Source of the DNA: Mobula hypostoma
Taxonomy: Eukaryota
DNA: 64,000 nt
Direction: 5' to 3'
Assembly: GCF_963921235.1 (NCBI RefSeq)
Contig: NC_086097.1
Coordinates: forward strand, 99,140,001-99,204,000
Position numbers and translations under genes: made by a program. The notes under the pieces are model-generated. The model searched no databases. It saw only the letters and a program-made list of their open reading frames with translations, and was not told the origin of the DNA. Positions 1 to 12,742 of the stretch are shown in pieces. Every line of letters starts with the position of its first letter. The stretch's first letter is position 1.

Positions 1-164
1 ATGCAGGTGTGGCTAATCCCTGTACCATCAGCAAGTGGGAGACGGAAACTTTCTGACAGGCTGTGGAAGGTAGGACCAACCAGAGCTTCTAACGTACGGA
101 CACGTACGGTGAAAAGTGAATCTGCAAACAAGAGCCTTAGAGTGTGCAGCAAGGACGCTGTGAA

Positions 165-435
165 ACGGAGAGGGAGAGTGGGGGCAGAGGACGGGGGCAG
201 AGGAGAGCAGAGCAGAGGGGAGAGAGGAGGGTAGAGGGGGAATTGGAGGAGGGAAGGGGGAGAAGGTAGAGGTCAGAAGGGGAGAGGGTAGTGGTCAGGA
301 GTGGTGAGGGGGGTGAGAGGGGAGTGATGAGGGAGGCGAGGGAGGAGGGAGGAAGAGGGGGGAAGAGAGAGGAGGGAGGTAGAGAAGGAGGGGGAGAGAG
401 GAGGAGAGAGAGAGGCAAGCTGGGGAGAAGGGAAC
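165..435. repeat. Purine-rich (G/A) low-complexity tract
   Basis: Almost entirely G and A on the + strand; produces the spurious Pro/Ser/Leu and Gly/Arg/Glu ORFs. Confidence 0.8.
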
Positions 436-439
436 TTCC

Positions 440-830
440 TAACAATTGTTCATTTTCACTGTCGTCTGTTTCTGACATCCCCAAGCCTGGGTGCTTGAAA
501 CCTCAGTGAGCAGAAAAGTGTCTGAACTGTCTTACTGCTTATTTCTTGCCAACTACCCGTGACAAAAATCACAGCTTTTTGAACAAAAACACATGCAACT
601 GATGCTATTTAAAAGCTTTTGCTCTAAGCACAGTGTAGTGTTCGATGGCCACACAAGTACACCCGACTGACCCTAGTTTGAAACTGTTCGGCAACGATCA
701 CCTGTCCCAATTAAGTGGCATACTCTCCCAAATAAACAAAGAGAATCTTGGCTACTTTCTGGATTAACTTTTGTTCTTTAAGAGTTGTCCCAAATAAATG
801 GCTGCCCCAATTAACCACAGTCCATTGTGT
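440..830 (-). mobile_element. Tigger/pogo-like DNA transposon remnant
   Basis: The minus strand reads (frameshifted) AVIFVTGSWQEISSKTVQ / GFKHPGL, resembling a pogo/TIGD transposase C-terminus. The ccccaattaacc...cattgtgta end resembles a Tigger-type terminus. Family assignment is from memory. Confidence 0.5.
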
Positions 831-1038
831 ATTATTTTGAACCATGATTTGAGAGAGAAGGATACAGCACTGAGACATCATCAGATAATGGATTTCTGCT
901 ACAGAATGGATGCCCTCCTCCCGGCCGGTGTAAGGGACAGGAATGCACATCAATCTAGCCCTATCTCCTGTCCATATACCTCTCACCGCTCCATTCTAAC
1001 GGCTGGCAAGATGTGATATAAAGTTAAGTGCCATCAAC

Positions 1039-1149
1039 CTGTTGCTCAACTCCCAACAGCTCATGCTCCAGTGCTTCATGTACACGCAGCTGTGCCTGAA
1101 CACTCCGCAGGTCCCTTGCAATCTCATCAGGGATGCTTTTCGACTTCCC
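1039..1149 (-). CDS. SPTBN5: SPTBN5 exon (last in window): GKSKSIPDEIARDLRSVQAQLRVHEALEHELLGVEQQ
   Basis: Acceptor tctctccag|, donor CAG|gttgat; 111 nt. Confidence 0.9.
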
Positions 1150-1933
1150 CTGGAGAGACGGAAACAAGGGACAAATGAGAGAATACACTTTGCATTTCAC
1201 CGATTAGAGCTCCCATTGCTCCATTGTATTTATAGATGTATTTAATACTCTCATGTGTGCTGTCGACTATGCGAGCTATATGTAAGCAGGGACTTTCATT
1301 GCCATCTGGTGCATATGACAATAAACTTACCATGGTTAAGACTGCCAAAGCAGTTTGGAGAATTTCAGCAGAGGAACCAACAGGCTGAACCTGTGGAGCA
1401 GTCACATTTTCAAATAAGCTCTCCTCGGTCTCCCAGCAGGGTACAGCTATTGATTTTAACCAAAGTTCCTTCCGATGACAAATTCTGCCATCTTCATCAG
1501 GGATCTCTGCTCCAGTGGTATATCTACGCCCGTCATCCATCCCTCCTGATTGGTTAGTCCTCATCTAATCGGGTTTCCACTGTCCCACTTTGTTTATGAT
1601 CGAATTCCAGTACCTTCATCTTTATTAAGATTCTTTCTCCCCAGTTTAATTTCAATTGCTCCCTTTGCTGGACAGTCCCAAAAGCCATTGGTGCGGGCGG
1701 ACAATGGTGGCATGTATACCACCAGACTAGACATGCCCAGGCATCATCCTTGATGAAGATGGCAGAGTTTGTCATCGCTCCATCAGTTAAAATCAATACT
1801 TGAACCTGGCTGGAAGCCAGAGAAAAGTTTATTCATCATATACGCCAGGAAAGCACAAGATCCTTTTTTAGCCACATTTTCAGTTTTCCCAAAATATCAC
1901 CTTGTCATGTCGCAAAATGCCCAAAGCTCCTAC

Positions 1934-2048
1934 CTCAATGTGGGTCAGAGCATCGGCCAGGTCTTGGACACACTTGTGAAATTCCACAGCATCACACAGT
2001 CTTTGGCCCCGATTCCGAATTCGCTCCCGCAAACTGTTCCATAAACCC
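1934..2048 (-). CDS. SPTBN5: SPTBN5 exon: GLWNSLRERIRNRGQRLCDAVEFHKCVQDLADALTHIE
   Basis: Acceptor aacgttgtag|, donor GAG|gtagga; 115 nt, phase 2 to 0. Confidence 0.9.
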
Positions 2049-2337
2049 CTACAACGTTGGAAAAGATTACAATATTCATGGCCCTATCATACCGTCAATG
2101 ACATGTGGCAGTAGAAATAGAAAAAGGTGATCTGATTGTTCACAATTCTCAGTTACACAGTAAGAGAATGTGCCCCTTTACAACACGCTGCACCCCCACC
2201 CCCCTGCTCACCCTGAGGTATGGTACCCATGACCCCTCACTCACCTTTCTCAATTTCAGATTCAATATTCTACTATTACCCTTTTCAGTCAATAAGCAGC
2301 CTGCACTACCCGACTTCATTGATGCAGCCGTCACCCA

Positions 2338-3167
2338 CTTCACACAAACAGTCGGCAAGATGTACTTTATGAAGTCCTTCAGTTAGTTACAAGAATTGCA
2401 AATCAGGGAGGTCAGGTAAAATTTCTATGGGTTCCAGCACATGTAGGGGTGAAGGGGAATGAGAGGGTGGATGAGTTGGCAAAGAGGGTGTTAATGAAAG
2501 AAAATGTGGAAATGCACATTAGTATCAGTAAAGCAGAGGTTAAGTGTGTAATCTGGGAAAAAGTCAACCGAATGTGGCATGAAAGATGGGACAGGGAGGG
2601 GAAAGGGAGGCATTTATATCAAATACAAAAGAGTGTTGCAGTTACTAGGGAAGGTAATGGATACAGAAGAGAGGAAATTGTGTGGACTAGGTTAAGGCTG
2701 GGGCACTGTGCATTAAACAAAACATTGAAAATGATAGGGAAACACCAGACAGGATTGTGTGAGGAATGTCAGGAAGAGGAGTCAGTAGAACATGTAGTTC
2801 TGAGTTGCAGGAAGTATGGGATACAGAGAGAGATGATGAGAAATAAATTAAGGGAGTTGGGGATGCAGGAATACACATTAAAAGGGTTGCTGGGCATGGG
2901 TGAGAGAGCACAAGTCCGGGTATTTTTAGCGTTTTTAAGGGGCACGGGGTTTTTTATAGAATATGACGAATAAACAGGAATAGGATACTAGGATGGTCAA
3001 AGATGGGAGGGTGAAGTGTAGGTTTGTATATATGTGTGTGTGTGTGTGTGTGATTGGGTGAAGGGATTTAGAATGTATGTCTAGTGCACATTCTGGAGCA
3101 GAGGGTGGCGGTAATGCACCATTAAGCTGGATGCCAACCGCTGTAAAACAAGATACAGACAGACAGA
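2338..3167 (+). mobile_element. 5'-truncated Nimb/I-clade LINE 3' end (RNase H C-terminus plus CCHC finger)
   Basis: FLWVPAHVGVKGNERVDELAK (RNase H), TRLRLGH and CEECQEEESVEHVVLSC; 3' UTR GGTGGCGGTAATGCACC...GCCAACCGC with a (GACA)n tail. Confidence 0.8.
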
Positions 3168-3601
3168 TATCTCCTTACTCCTAAAGGGAACGTCATTTTG
3201 ACCCTGCTTCTCACTCCCAGAAATAGAATCTATGATTCACGGATAAGTTGTAAGGGAACTGGGAGGGCGTTTATCTTTGACATCGCACAGTACCCTCAGG
3301 GGCTCGGACTAGCACAGCACATAGAGCTGCTGTCTGTCAGCTCCAGCGCCCTGGCCTGTGTAGTGTTTGCACCTTATCCCCTTTGTGACCGAATGGATTT
3401 CCTCCAGTTTCCTGCACACTTTACAATGACGTGCGGGTAAATGGCCAACACAGATTGACCCTCGTGATGGGTTCTGAAGGAGCTGATGGGAATGTCAGGA
3501 GAACAGATTCCTGGGAAAACTGGTGGAACACTGGGACTGCTCTGTGTGTCACCACAGACCTGGCTGAACCACCTCCTTCCATCTCACATGAGAATACTCA
3601 C

Positions 3602-3747
3602 CTCAACGTATTCTTTCTCTGCACAATTTCCTCGGACTCCAGCTGCCCTTTATCAATGAGTGTGTTCACTAAGGTCTCGCAACCTTGGATTCTTTCTTCA
3701 CCAGCCTCCACTTGGTGCTGGAAATTTTCAAGCAATGCCTTCAGGCG
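3602..3747 (-). CDS. SPTBN5: SPTBN5 exon: RLKALLENFQHQVEAGEERIQGCE...IVQRKNTLR
   Basis: Acceptor gccttgttag|, donor AG|gtgagt; 146 nt, phase 0 to 2. Confidence 0.92.
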
Positions 3748-3997
3748 CTAACAAGGCAAAACAGCAGAGTAAAGTGATGTTGTCACACTGCCTGATGCAT
3801 ACTTTTTATTAACAGTGAATACTGCAGGGGCTGGTAAATGAAATTTGAAACCACACAAAAACTCATCAGGTGGGAACATTTGAGGATAGTAGATCTCTTA
3901 TTGAGAGTTAATTGGCATCTGGATAATACGAGATAAACACCAAATGAAACAAACATTTTGCACTCTCAAGCTTCTTTCATGATAGTGAAGTGACATG

Positions 3998-4370
3998 TTG
4001 TATGACATGAGTGATCATGGTCTTTCCATGACCAAGATTGTTCTTGGAAAATTTTTCTACAGAAGCGGTTTTCCATTGCCTTCTTCTGGGCAGTGTCTTT
4101 ACAAGACGGGTGACCCCAGCCATTATCAATACTCCTCAGAGACTGTCTGCCTGTCGTCAGTGGTCACATAACCAGGACTTGTGATATGTACCAGTTGCTC
4201 ATACGACCGTCCACCACCTGCTCCCAGGGCTTCACGTGACCCTGATCAGGGTGGGGTGGAAATGATACCAAACAGGTGCTACACCTTGCCCAAGGGTGAC
4301 CTGCAGGCTAACCGAGTGAAAGAGCACCTTACACCTCCTTTGATAGAGACATATCTCCACCCTGCCACCT
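3998..4370 (-). mobile_element. SINE-like repeat with an RTE-type tail
   Basis: cagaagcggttttccattgccttcttc resembles an RTE/Sauria-type SINE tail (reversed). A short piece of the same element (gagcgccttacacctcctttg) recurs at about 7882. Confidence 0.5.
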
Positions 4371-5199
4371 GGAAATAACCTGTGCAGTTTTAAAATCTAA
4401 AGGAAAATATTTTGAATCGGAAGTTGATAATGTTTAGGGCATCTGCAGTGTTTCTGGGATTGAGACTGTCTGGCTCATAGAACTTGTCTCTCTTCAATGT
4501 CATTATTTCTTTTCTCATGCTGTCATTTGCTTAATTTTGGTTTGTTTCTGTCCCCGATTTAATATTATTACCCTTGGGATGTTCCTTTACTTCCTCTGAC
4601 AAAATAATTTGCCAAGTCCTGTTTTGGTTGTCGTTCCAGTACTGTACTTGCCCTCTTTTCTGTAATAAAGTTGTAATTTTTGACACTGTTTTTCATATTC
4701 CTTACAATTTTTCCTATTTTCTAGATCTTACCATCTGTTTTGATGTTTATACTTGTTATCGGAACTTTACATTTATATCAACTGGGCAGATGTAACAATG
4801 GACCCTTCATTGTTTTTTCATGTTGATCCTTTTCAGACCAGTAAAAAGAAAGGAGTGCTGACCTACCTCTGCTGAATTACTAATCTCTGAAGCATCAACC
4901 TCAATAATCACACTTAATGCTCCTTTGCCACTGAGATAATTTAGGATTTTTTCCACTGATTCCTTTCCAGCTCCTGCCACTCTTGTGTGTGGAGATGGGG
5001 CCAAATTTCATGACTTCTAAAAAGTAAACTGTTCTTTTCTTTCAGGGAGTCAAACCAGAATATATTACATCTTCTGACTGGAAACAGACTTGCAGGGGTG
5101 ACACAAATCTAGTGCTCAGAGTTAGGGCCTGTGAAGTTGTCCGTACACGGTTTCATAGTTGAGGGAACAATTCACTCTCAACTTTGAGAAGCTCTTAAT

Positions 5200-7204
5200 A
5201 TACACTCCTTCACAGAATGTGGGTGCTGCTGGCAGAGCAGCCCTTACTGTCCATTCAGAATTTTGGGGATAAGGTTCCTGGATTTAAAAACAGGACAATG
5301 AAAAAGTGGTGCAATATTTCCAAGCGATGACAGTGTACGACTTGGAGGGGAAGTTGCAAAGGGTTTGCTAAATGCCTGTTGCTTGTCTTTCTGATGGATA
5401 GGGCTCCATGGAATGCAATGTTAGCATAGTCTTGGCAGGAAATTACTGTGAGTTTTGTAGATGGAACACAATGTAGCCATAGTAAGTGTGATGGATCATG
5501 GTGTATGAACAGACTTTATCCTGAATAAATGTCGAACACCCAGGTTGGAGCTGCATTCTTTCAAGCAATTTGAGAATATTCAGTCAGATTCTTAACTTGC
5601 ACATTGCAGAAGACAGAAAGGGTTTGAAGAAGTGGAATGTCATCCCTTACTTTTGGATACCCTGCTTCTGAACTGTTCTGGTAATGAACACATTTACCAG
5701 CTGGTCCAGCGAAGTTCCAGGTCAATACCAGTCCCAGGATATTGACAGTGGTGACTGTCAATTGGGAGTGCTTAGAGTCTCTCATATTGAATATGGTCCA
5801 TGACCCTTGTTGGCCCAAGCATAAAATCTGCTTCACTTACTGAAGAATCGTGAATGGAACTAGACAGTGTAATCACCAGTGATTAATGTCACTTGTGACA
5901 GACTTAAATTCAATGGAGAAACAGCTGATCCAACAGATGGGCCAAAGAAGTAACCAGAGAAATTCCCAGTGATCCACTGATGAATAAATTTCTTTCTGCA
6001 CGGAATGTTTTCCCCTCAATTCCTATTGATCTCAGATTTATTGGAAATCCTTAATATCACAATTGGTCACATGCTATGTTGCAGTCAAGGCCTCTTGCAC
6101 TTCATTATTGGAAGTGACAGCGACTTTGATCAAGGCTATGATAAGTTCTGCAGCCAAGTAGTCATGGTAAACTGACTATTGGAGAGCAAATGCCACCTGA
6201 TTAATATTGTCAAAAACACCTCTATCAGCTAACTGATCATTGAGGCTCGACTTAATTTGCTGCTGGAAGGCAAACTTCCATACTGCAAGTAATCGGCAGA
6301 GATGGAGCTGTGTAGAGGAGTGATGGCTGGATTTTCATCACATTTCTAGTTATCTGTACATTTTCAGAGTCTGGCCATTGTTGCTAAGGTTAATATTTGT
6401 TACCCTTTCCTATTTGTCTTCCAGTTGGTGGTAAGCTTGTTTCCATGAACTATTGCAATTCTTCAGGTAAAGGGACCTCCCACTACTGAGTACGGAGTTT
6501 CAAGACTTAGAATAGATTAGATTTAGATCCAGCAATGATGTAAGAAGAACAATATTTGTCCAAGTCAGAATGGTGTTTAACATGAAGATGGCTCAATGTG
6601 ACTGCTACCCTAGTACATTTCAGTGGGAGACACTGAAGAGGGACGGGGGTTTGGGAAATGCTGTTGGAACAGCCCATGTCAATAAATGCTGTGCATTTTT
6701 ATAGAAAGTACATGCAGAAGCCAAAGTGCAGGGAATGAATGTTTAGGGTGGATTGCTTTGTCCACAATGGTTCACTGCGACTGGGGCTTACTTTGGATGG
6801 CAAACATTCACAACAATCCTGACTTGCGCTATGTAGATGCTAGCCAGGCTCCTGCGATCAGGTAGGTGAGTCACTCACTGGAGGAGTCACAGACTCTGAG
6901 CTGCTCTTGTGATCGCACGGGCTATGAGCTGTTCCAGTCAGGTCAGAGGTAACCCCAGGATATTGATGGTGAAAATTCAGCAATGGTGATGTGAATGAGT
7001 AACTCATATAGAAGGTTAGAAACACTGCTTGGCACAGGTGCTACTTCTCAGCCCAACCTGAATGTTGCCTAAGTCCTGCATTAGGCAGGCATGGCCTACT
7101 TCATTTATCGAGGAATACCGATTGGAAGTGCATATTGAACAAAACCTGGCAAGCTTGTGGAAGGAAGGTCATTACCAAAGCAGTTAAAGATGACTGGGAG
7201 GAGT
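5200..7204 (-). mobile_element. Old, degenerate CR1-like LINE fragments (two overlapping copies)
   Basis: The motif ccaggatattga...gtg occurs at about 5734 and 6955, and gaaggtcatt...aagcagttaaagatg is the reverse of an RT IFNCF.NDLPS segment. The same family occurs at 34920-35870. Confidence 0.55.
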
Positions 7205-7870
7205 CTGGGGAATATTTACAGTGATACTCTGGGGAATATTTATAGTGATACCGTGGGGAACATTTACAGTGATGCCCTGGGGAATATTTACAGTGATACT
7301 CTGGGGAATATTTACAGTGATGCCCTGGGGAATATTTACAGTGATACTCTGGGGAATATTTACAGTGATGCCCTGGGGAATATTTACAGTGATACTCTGG
7401 GGAATATTTATAGTGATACCGTGGGGAACATTTACAGTGATGCCCTGGGGAATATTTACAGTGATGCCCTGGGGAATATTTACAGTGATACTCTGGGGAA
7501 TATTTACAGTGATGCCCTGGGGAATATTTACAGTGATACTCTGGGGAATATTTACAGTGATGCCCTGGGGAATATTTACAGTGATACTCTGGGGAATATT
7601 TACAGTGATGCCCTGGGGAACATTTACAGTGATACTCTGGGGAATATTTACAGTGATACCCTGGGGAATATTTACAGTGATGCCCTGGGGAATATTTACA
7701 GTGATACCCTGGGGAACATTTACAGTGATACTCTGGGGAATATTTACAGTGATACCCTGGGGAACATTTACAGTGATGCCCTGGGGAATATTTACAGTGA
7801 TACCCTGGGGAACATTTACAGTGATACTCTGGGGAATATTTACAGTGATACCCCGGGGAATATTTACAGT
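7205..7870. repeat. 24-bp minisatellite (CTGGGGAATATTTACAGTGATRCY), about 28 copies
   Basis: Direct reading; 28 GNIYS units in the translated ORF 7157..7927. Confidence 0.97.
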
Positions 7871-8133
7871 GTCTGTAAAAAGGAGCGCCTTACACCTCCT
7901 TTGCTACCCACCACCCATCAGCAGTGAGTGCATATTTCCAAAGGTGGCAGAAAAGTTGATGGTTCTTACAAAAAATCATTTGGGATACGTATCCTATGTA
8001 AAATAGCGGAACTGGAAGTAAAATTGAGGTGAGTAGGAGGCGAAAATAAACATTTAGAAATCTTAGTGGTGATGGAGCTGTGGGAAATGTAATGGGAATG
8101 CATTCAAAGTTATAGGTACAGAACTACTTTTAC

Positions 8134-8266
8134 CAGGACATGCTGGTGGTCATTTCCATAATCCTCAGAGCTGGCTGCCTGCAGCTGCTGTGTGACCCAT
8201 TCCTCAAGTTCCTCCAGTTCTCGTAGGCATTTGTATAAAACCAGCGTCTCTTCCAGCTTCTGCATC
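8134..8266 (-). CDS. SPTBN5: SPTBN5 exon: MQKLEETLVLYKCLRELEELEEWVTQQLQAASSEDYGNDHQHVL
   Basis: Acceptor caatcccag|, donor CTG|gtaaaa; 133 nt, phase 2 to 0. Confidence 0.92.
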
Positions 8267-8664
8267 CTGGGATTGAGAGCATACTTCTTATCAAATTCGC
8301 TTCATAATTTCAACGATACATCTATTCCAAATGAAGTGTCCTTGCGTATAGACACTGTTTGAGATGTGACTGGGCTCTAGAAATATCGCAGCTGATGCGC
8401 ACATGCACACGAAGTTTTATCTACAAGTCACAGAACAGTGATTTATTGTGGGGAAGTTATCTTTGTCACTAATCCAGCACTGACCTGGCTGTTTAATTGA
8501 AGTAGCGAGCATCGTTAACTTATATAAAAGGGCAACGTGTCAAAACTGATGATTCAAACTGCAGATTAATGATGTTATAGATAGCATAAAGGATTGTTTT
8601 AAGCATGACATAGGTCAGTTGGAAATTATGGGGGGATCCCATGCCAAATAGAATTTAATTAATA

Positions 8665-8935
8665 CGGCACAATAGTGTAGTGCGTTAGCACAGTGCTTTG
8701 CAGTACGAGTGACGTGGGTACATTTCCCACCTCTGCCTGTAAGGAGTTTGTACGTTCGTCCCCGTGACCAAGTGGGTTTCCTCCCACAGTCCAAAGTTGA
8801 ATCAGTTGGTAGATTAATTGGTCATTGTAAATTGTCCTGTGATTAGGCGAGGGTTAACTTACAAGATCGCTGGGCGGCTGGGCTGGAAGTGCTGGGAGGG
8901 CCTATTCCTCACTGTGGTCTCGATAAATAAATAAA
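8665..8935 (+). mobile_element. tRNA-derived V-SINE (HE1-like)
   Basis: tRNA-like head; V-domain-like gtgggtttcctcccacagtccaaag; ttaattggtcattgtaaattgtcctgtgattagg; (TAAA)n tail. Second copy at 37290-37560. Confidence 0.7.
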
Positions 8936-9845
8936 TGCAAGGTGAAGCACTTTGGGAAGGAAAACAAGGATAGGACGTATACAGTAAATTGTAGGGACCA
9001 ATGAACGTTGGAGAACGGAGGGTACCTGAAGATATCAGTCCTACAACTGGCAGCACAGATGGATAATATGTAGAAGAAGACATGCAGTATGCCTGCTATT
9101 ATTGCCGATGGAAGAGAATACAAGAGCGAGGAGGGTATGTGGCACATTTATTGGTTCAGCCACACTGGAATATTGTGTATTTCTGGTTGCTGCTCTCCAG
9201 GAAGCATGTAATTATGCTGGAAAGGCTGCAAAGGAGATTACCAGGATGTTAGAGCAGAAGGACAAACTGCTGGAGAAACTGGTGGCATCTGTGGGGGGGG
9301 GGCGGGACAGTCTACATTTTCGGTCAAGACCCTTTATCTGAGCAGGCCTGACAGGACATTTTCCTGCACAGATGCTGCCCAGTCTGTCGAGTTCCTTGCA
9401 CAGATTGCTTTTTGCTCCAGATCCCAGTATCTGCAGTCTCTCATGTCTCTGTTTCAGCAAGATGTTGCCTAGATTGGAGCATTTCAAATAACGAGAGACG
9501 GATTAGGCTGGGTTTGATATTTCTGAGCAGAAGATGTTGAGGGATGGCCTGAGAGTGATGGGGCGGGGGGAGATAGTAAAAACTGTGTTCCCGTAGGGGA
9601 GATGTTTCCGACATGAAGATAAAGTTTGTCAGAGGTATGTTTGGAGGGGTTTGAGGGATTTTTTTTTCCCCAGAGAGTAGTTAGAGTCTAGAATGTGCTG
9701 ACTGATCAGGCAGTGGATGCAGGTACTCTCACATGCTTAAGCATCTGGACTTGAATCTCTAGGGCATAGAAACTTTAGTGTGGGAAAGAGCACTATGGAT
9801 GTGGTAGGCCAGAGGATCTTTTTCTGTGCTGTATGTCCCTATGTC
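8936..9845 (+). mobile_element. Degenerate CR1 3' fragment interrupted by a Penelope-like piece (about 9250-9450)
   Basis: CR1 ORF2 C-terminal motifs (cactggaatattgtgt; HFGR-like) around a ctgctggagaaact...ttcggtcaagaccc...gatgctgccc segment. Confidence 0.55.
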
Positions 9846-9888
9846 AGGGAGGAGACAAAGAGGATGCGTGGGCTCCCCGTTGACATAC

Positions 9889-10052
9889 CTGAGGATCCAA
9901 TGCTCTCGCAGCTCCTTTAGTTGCTTACGTAGGTGCTCCTGTGGCTCATCTACCATGTCGAATGTGATGAACCCTCTGAGTGGAAGATCCTGTGAATTTC
10001 TTCGCAGTTCCTCAGCGAGAGCGCAGGTGTTCTGGATCTGCCTCTCCACAGC
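9889..10052 (-). CDS. SPTBN5: SPTBN5 exon: AVERQIQNTCALAEELRR...LREHWILR
   Basis: Acceptor ctgtccccag|, donor AG|gtatgt; 164 nt, phase 0 to 2. Confidence 0.88.
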
Positions 10053-10679
10053 CTGGGGACAGTCAAGGATTAAAGAACGCAATAGAAGTCAGACTTCTAC
10101 ATCATGTAGTGGAATGCTGTAATGTCCAGCACAACTGTGGTACAGGAGGTAAGCCCAGGGTCTGATGACAGATCACACACCTACTGTGTCCTGCAGGTTC
10201 GATATTCAGAGAACATGGCAAAAAGCCTCAACTATGGCTGCCACACAGAACCAGACAGGACTGTCAGCATTTGATGAAGAAAGATGGGCTGATGTTGGGG
10301 CTTGGCCATTCATTAGGGTTACAGACAGATATTAACATGCTTCTCTTTTCCCGTGTCGGGTGCTGACCTGGTGGGTATTGCCGGCATACATAAAATCTAC
10401 ATCAGTACAAAGACTGCAGCTGTACTTCTACAAATCACTGCTTCACATTTACGTATTTCTTCAATACAATGAACCTTGGCTACCTTCCAATCATATACAG
10501 AGATTGAGGAGCAGAGCACATGTTCGAAATGCTTACTGCACCACTTTAATTTCACACAGCGTTAATAGTTGACATTTATGTATGAGCACATAAGCTATTC
10601 AGTCCCTCCGGTCCTTCCATCAATCAATGAGATTGTGGTTAGTGGAAATTAATCAGGCTCAGATATACAGTACCTCCCA

Positions 10680-11215
10680 GAAGTTCAAAATAAACATGAT
10701 TAAAGTCACCATACACAACGCTGCGATTCATTTTCTTGCAGGCATTCACAGTATTTACAAGAAACACAACGCAATAGAATCAATGAAAGACCACACCCAA
10801 CAGGATGGACAAACAACCAATGTGCAAAAGAAAACAAACTGTGCATATACAAAAAAGAATTTAAAAATAAATAATAATAATAAATAAATAAGCAATAAAT
10901 ATTGAGAACGAGATGAACAGTCATTGAAAGTGAGCGTGCATAGGTTGCGGGAGCAGTTCGGTGATGGTGTGAGTGAAGTTACCACCGCTCATTCAAGAGA
11001 CTGATGGTTGAGATGTAATAAATATTCCTGAACTTGGTGGTGTGAGTCCTGAGGTTCCTGTAACTTCTTCCTGATGGCAGCAGCAAGAAGAGAGCATGTT
11101 GTGGACGGTGGGGTCTTTGATGATGGATGCTGCTTTCCTGTGAAAGCACTCCGTGTAGATCTACTCAATGGTGGGGAGACCTTTACCCATGATAGATGGA
11201 GCCGTATCCATCTAT
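10680..11215 (-). mobile_element. Rex1/Babar-type LINE 3' fragment
   Basis: Reverse of the KAASIIKDP.H...LFSLLPSGRRYRSL region plus a 3' UTR shared with 18160-19100 and 41075-41600. Confidence 0.7.
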
Positions 11216-11339
11216 TCTCCATTCAGACTCTAATTGTCCTGTCATAGACTCCCTCACCTGATGATACAGATTTTCACCATTCAACCAATTCCTTTTGAAA
11301 TCCTAAGCCTCCTGATTGAATTGTCCTTTTAATATTCCA

Positions 11340-12110
11340 GGGAATACAAGATATTAGTGCAGAAATGACTGATGGGGTTTAATCTGGCAAAATATGAGGT
11401 ATTGCACTTTGGGAGATCAAATGCAAAAGGACAGTACACAGTCAATGTCAAGACTGTTAACATTGCTGAAGCAGAGAGAGATTTTGGGATCCAAGTACAC
11501 AGCTCCCTGAAAGTGTCTACACAGGTTGATAGTGTGGGCAAGAAGGTGTATGGCATACTTGCATCTATGAGTCGAGGTGTTGAGTTCAAGGATCAAGAAG
11601 TTATATTGCAGCTTCATAAAACTCTAGTTTTGCTACATATGGAGTTCTGCTCCATTAAAGGAAGGATGTGGAGGGTTTGGAGAGGGTGCAGAGGGGGTCT
11701 ACCACCTGCTGCCTGGATTAGAGGATATATTGAGTTGTTTTCTTTGGAGCGGCAGAGTTTAATGACAGATCTTCTGGAGCTTTATAAAATTATGAGAAGC
11801 ATAGATGGTGAAGGCAGCAGGTATCTTTTTCCCATGGTGAAAATGTCTAATCCTAGAGGGTATGCACTTCAGGTGAGAAGAGAAAAAGTTCAAAGGAGAT
11901 GTGTGGGGCAATTTTTGTTGACACAGAATGGTTGGTGACTGGAATGTGCTGTCGGGGTGAAATCAAATGTGATAGAGAGACGCTTAAATAGGTGCATACA
12001 AAGGAAGGTTATGGACAAGGACAGAAAGAATTCGTTTAGTTAGGCATTTAATTACTAGTTTAATTAGTTCAGCACAACTTTGTGGGCTGACGGATCTATT
12101 CCTGTTTCAT
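11340..12110 (+). mobile_element. CR1 LINE 3' fragment (decayed ORF2)
   Basis: MGFNLAKYEVLHFGRSN...GIQVHSSLKV...YKIMRSID...LFPMV, followed by a CR1-type 3' UTR. Confidence 0.8.
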
Positions 12111-12742
12111 GTTTGCAACTTAACCCTATGAGACCCTATCTCATGGTGCTCCTTCTGAAGCCAGTATATCCTTTCTTAGATGTACAGTAGATGTCAGAAA
12201 TCCAGAATTGACCTAAGCAAGCTTTGCGTGGCTTGAGCACAATTTATGACTAACTTGCAGAAATAATTTCAACCATGCCTGAAATTAACTTCGATTATTA
12301 TCTCCTGTCAACTCTTACCCTTGATGACAAACTGTATCTCATCTATAATAGTCAACCTGTGTTTCTAGCTGCACCTCTAATGGAGCTCACACCAAGCTGT
12401 CACTTAGTAATCACTCCGTGTTTACTGACTGTAAACGTCTTTGTCCTTGTAATCTACCAATGTGAGCCTCATCAGCTGGGTTTCCATCCCTGTTATGGCA
12501 CTGAAACAGGCCTTATGGTGAATGAAATCCTATCCAGCCAAATAGCCCTCCTTAAACTCCTTAACATTAGTTGCCTTTAACAGCTGATTGTATCATTCTC
12601 CCCAAATTATCATTCATTGATATTTATCCAGTCATAGGCAAAGAGTCTCCAGAAATTACTTTCCTTCTCATCTATTACCTCTTGGATTCCCTGAACAATT
12701 TCTACCTCAGTTCTCCCTTTCCAAAACCACACGTTGGCTGTA

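Noticed and set aside
1127..1796. 145-aa and 80-aa minus-strand ORFs
   Set aside because: Intronic between two phase-compatible exons, with no recognisable domain.
7205..7870. CRISPR-like appearance of the regular arrays (also 30490-33510 and 52926-55640)
   Set aside because: The units are head-to-tail with no unique spacers, there are no cas genes, and the context is a vertebrate intron.
7157..8006. 256/261-aa repeat-protein ORFs (LGNIYSDT)n
   Set aside because: They are translations of a 24-bp minisatellite that is open in two frames, antisense within an intron, with no gene structure.
8665..8740. tRNA gene
   Set aside because: A degenerate tRNA-like SINE head followed by SINE body; no complete cloverleaf.
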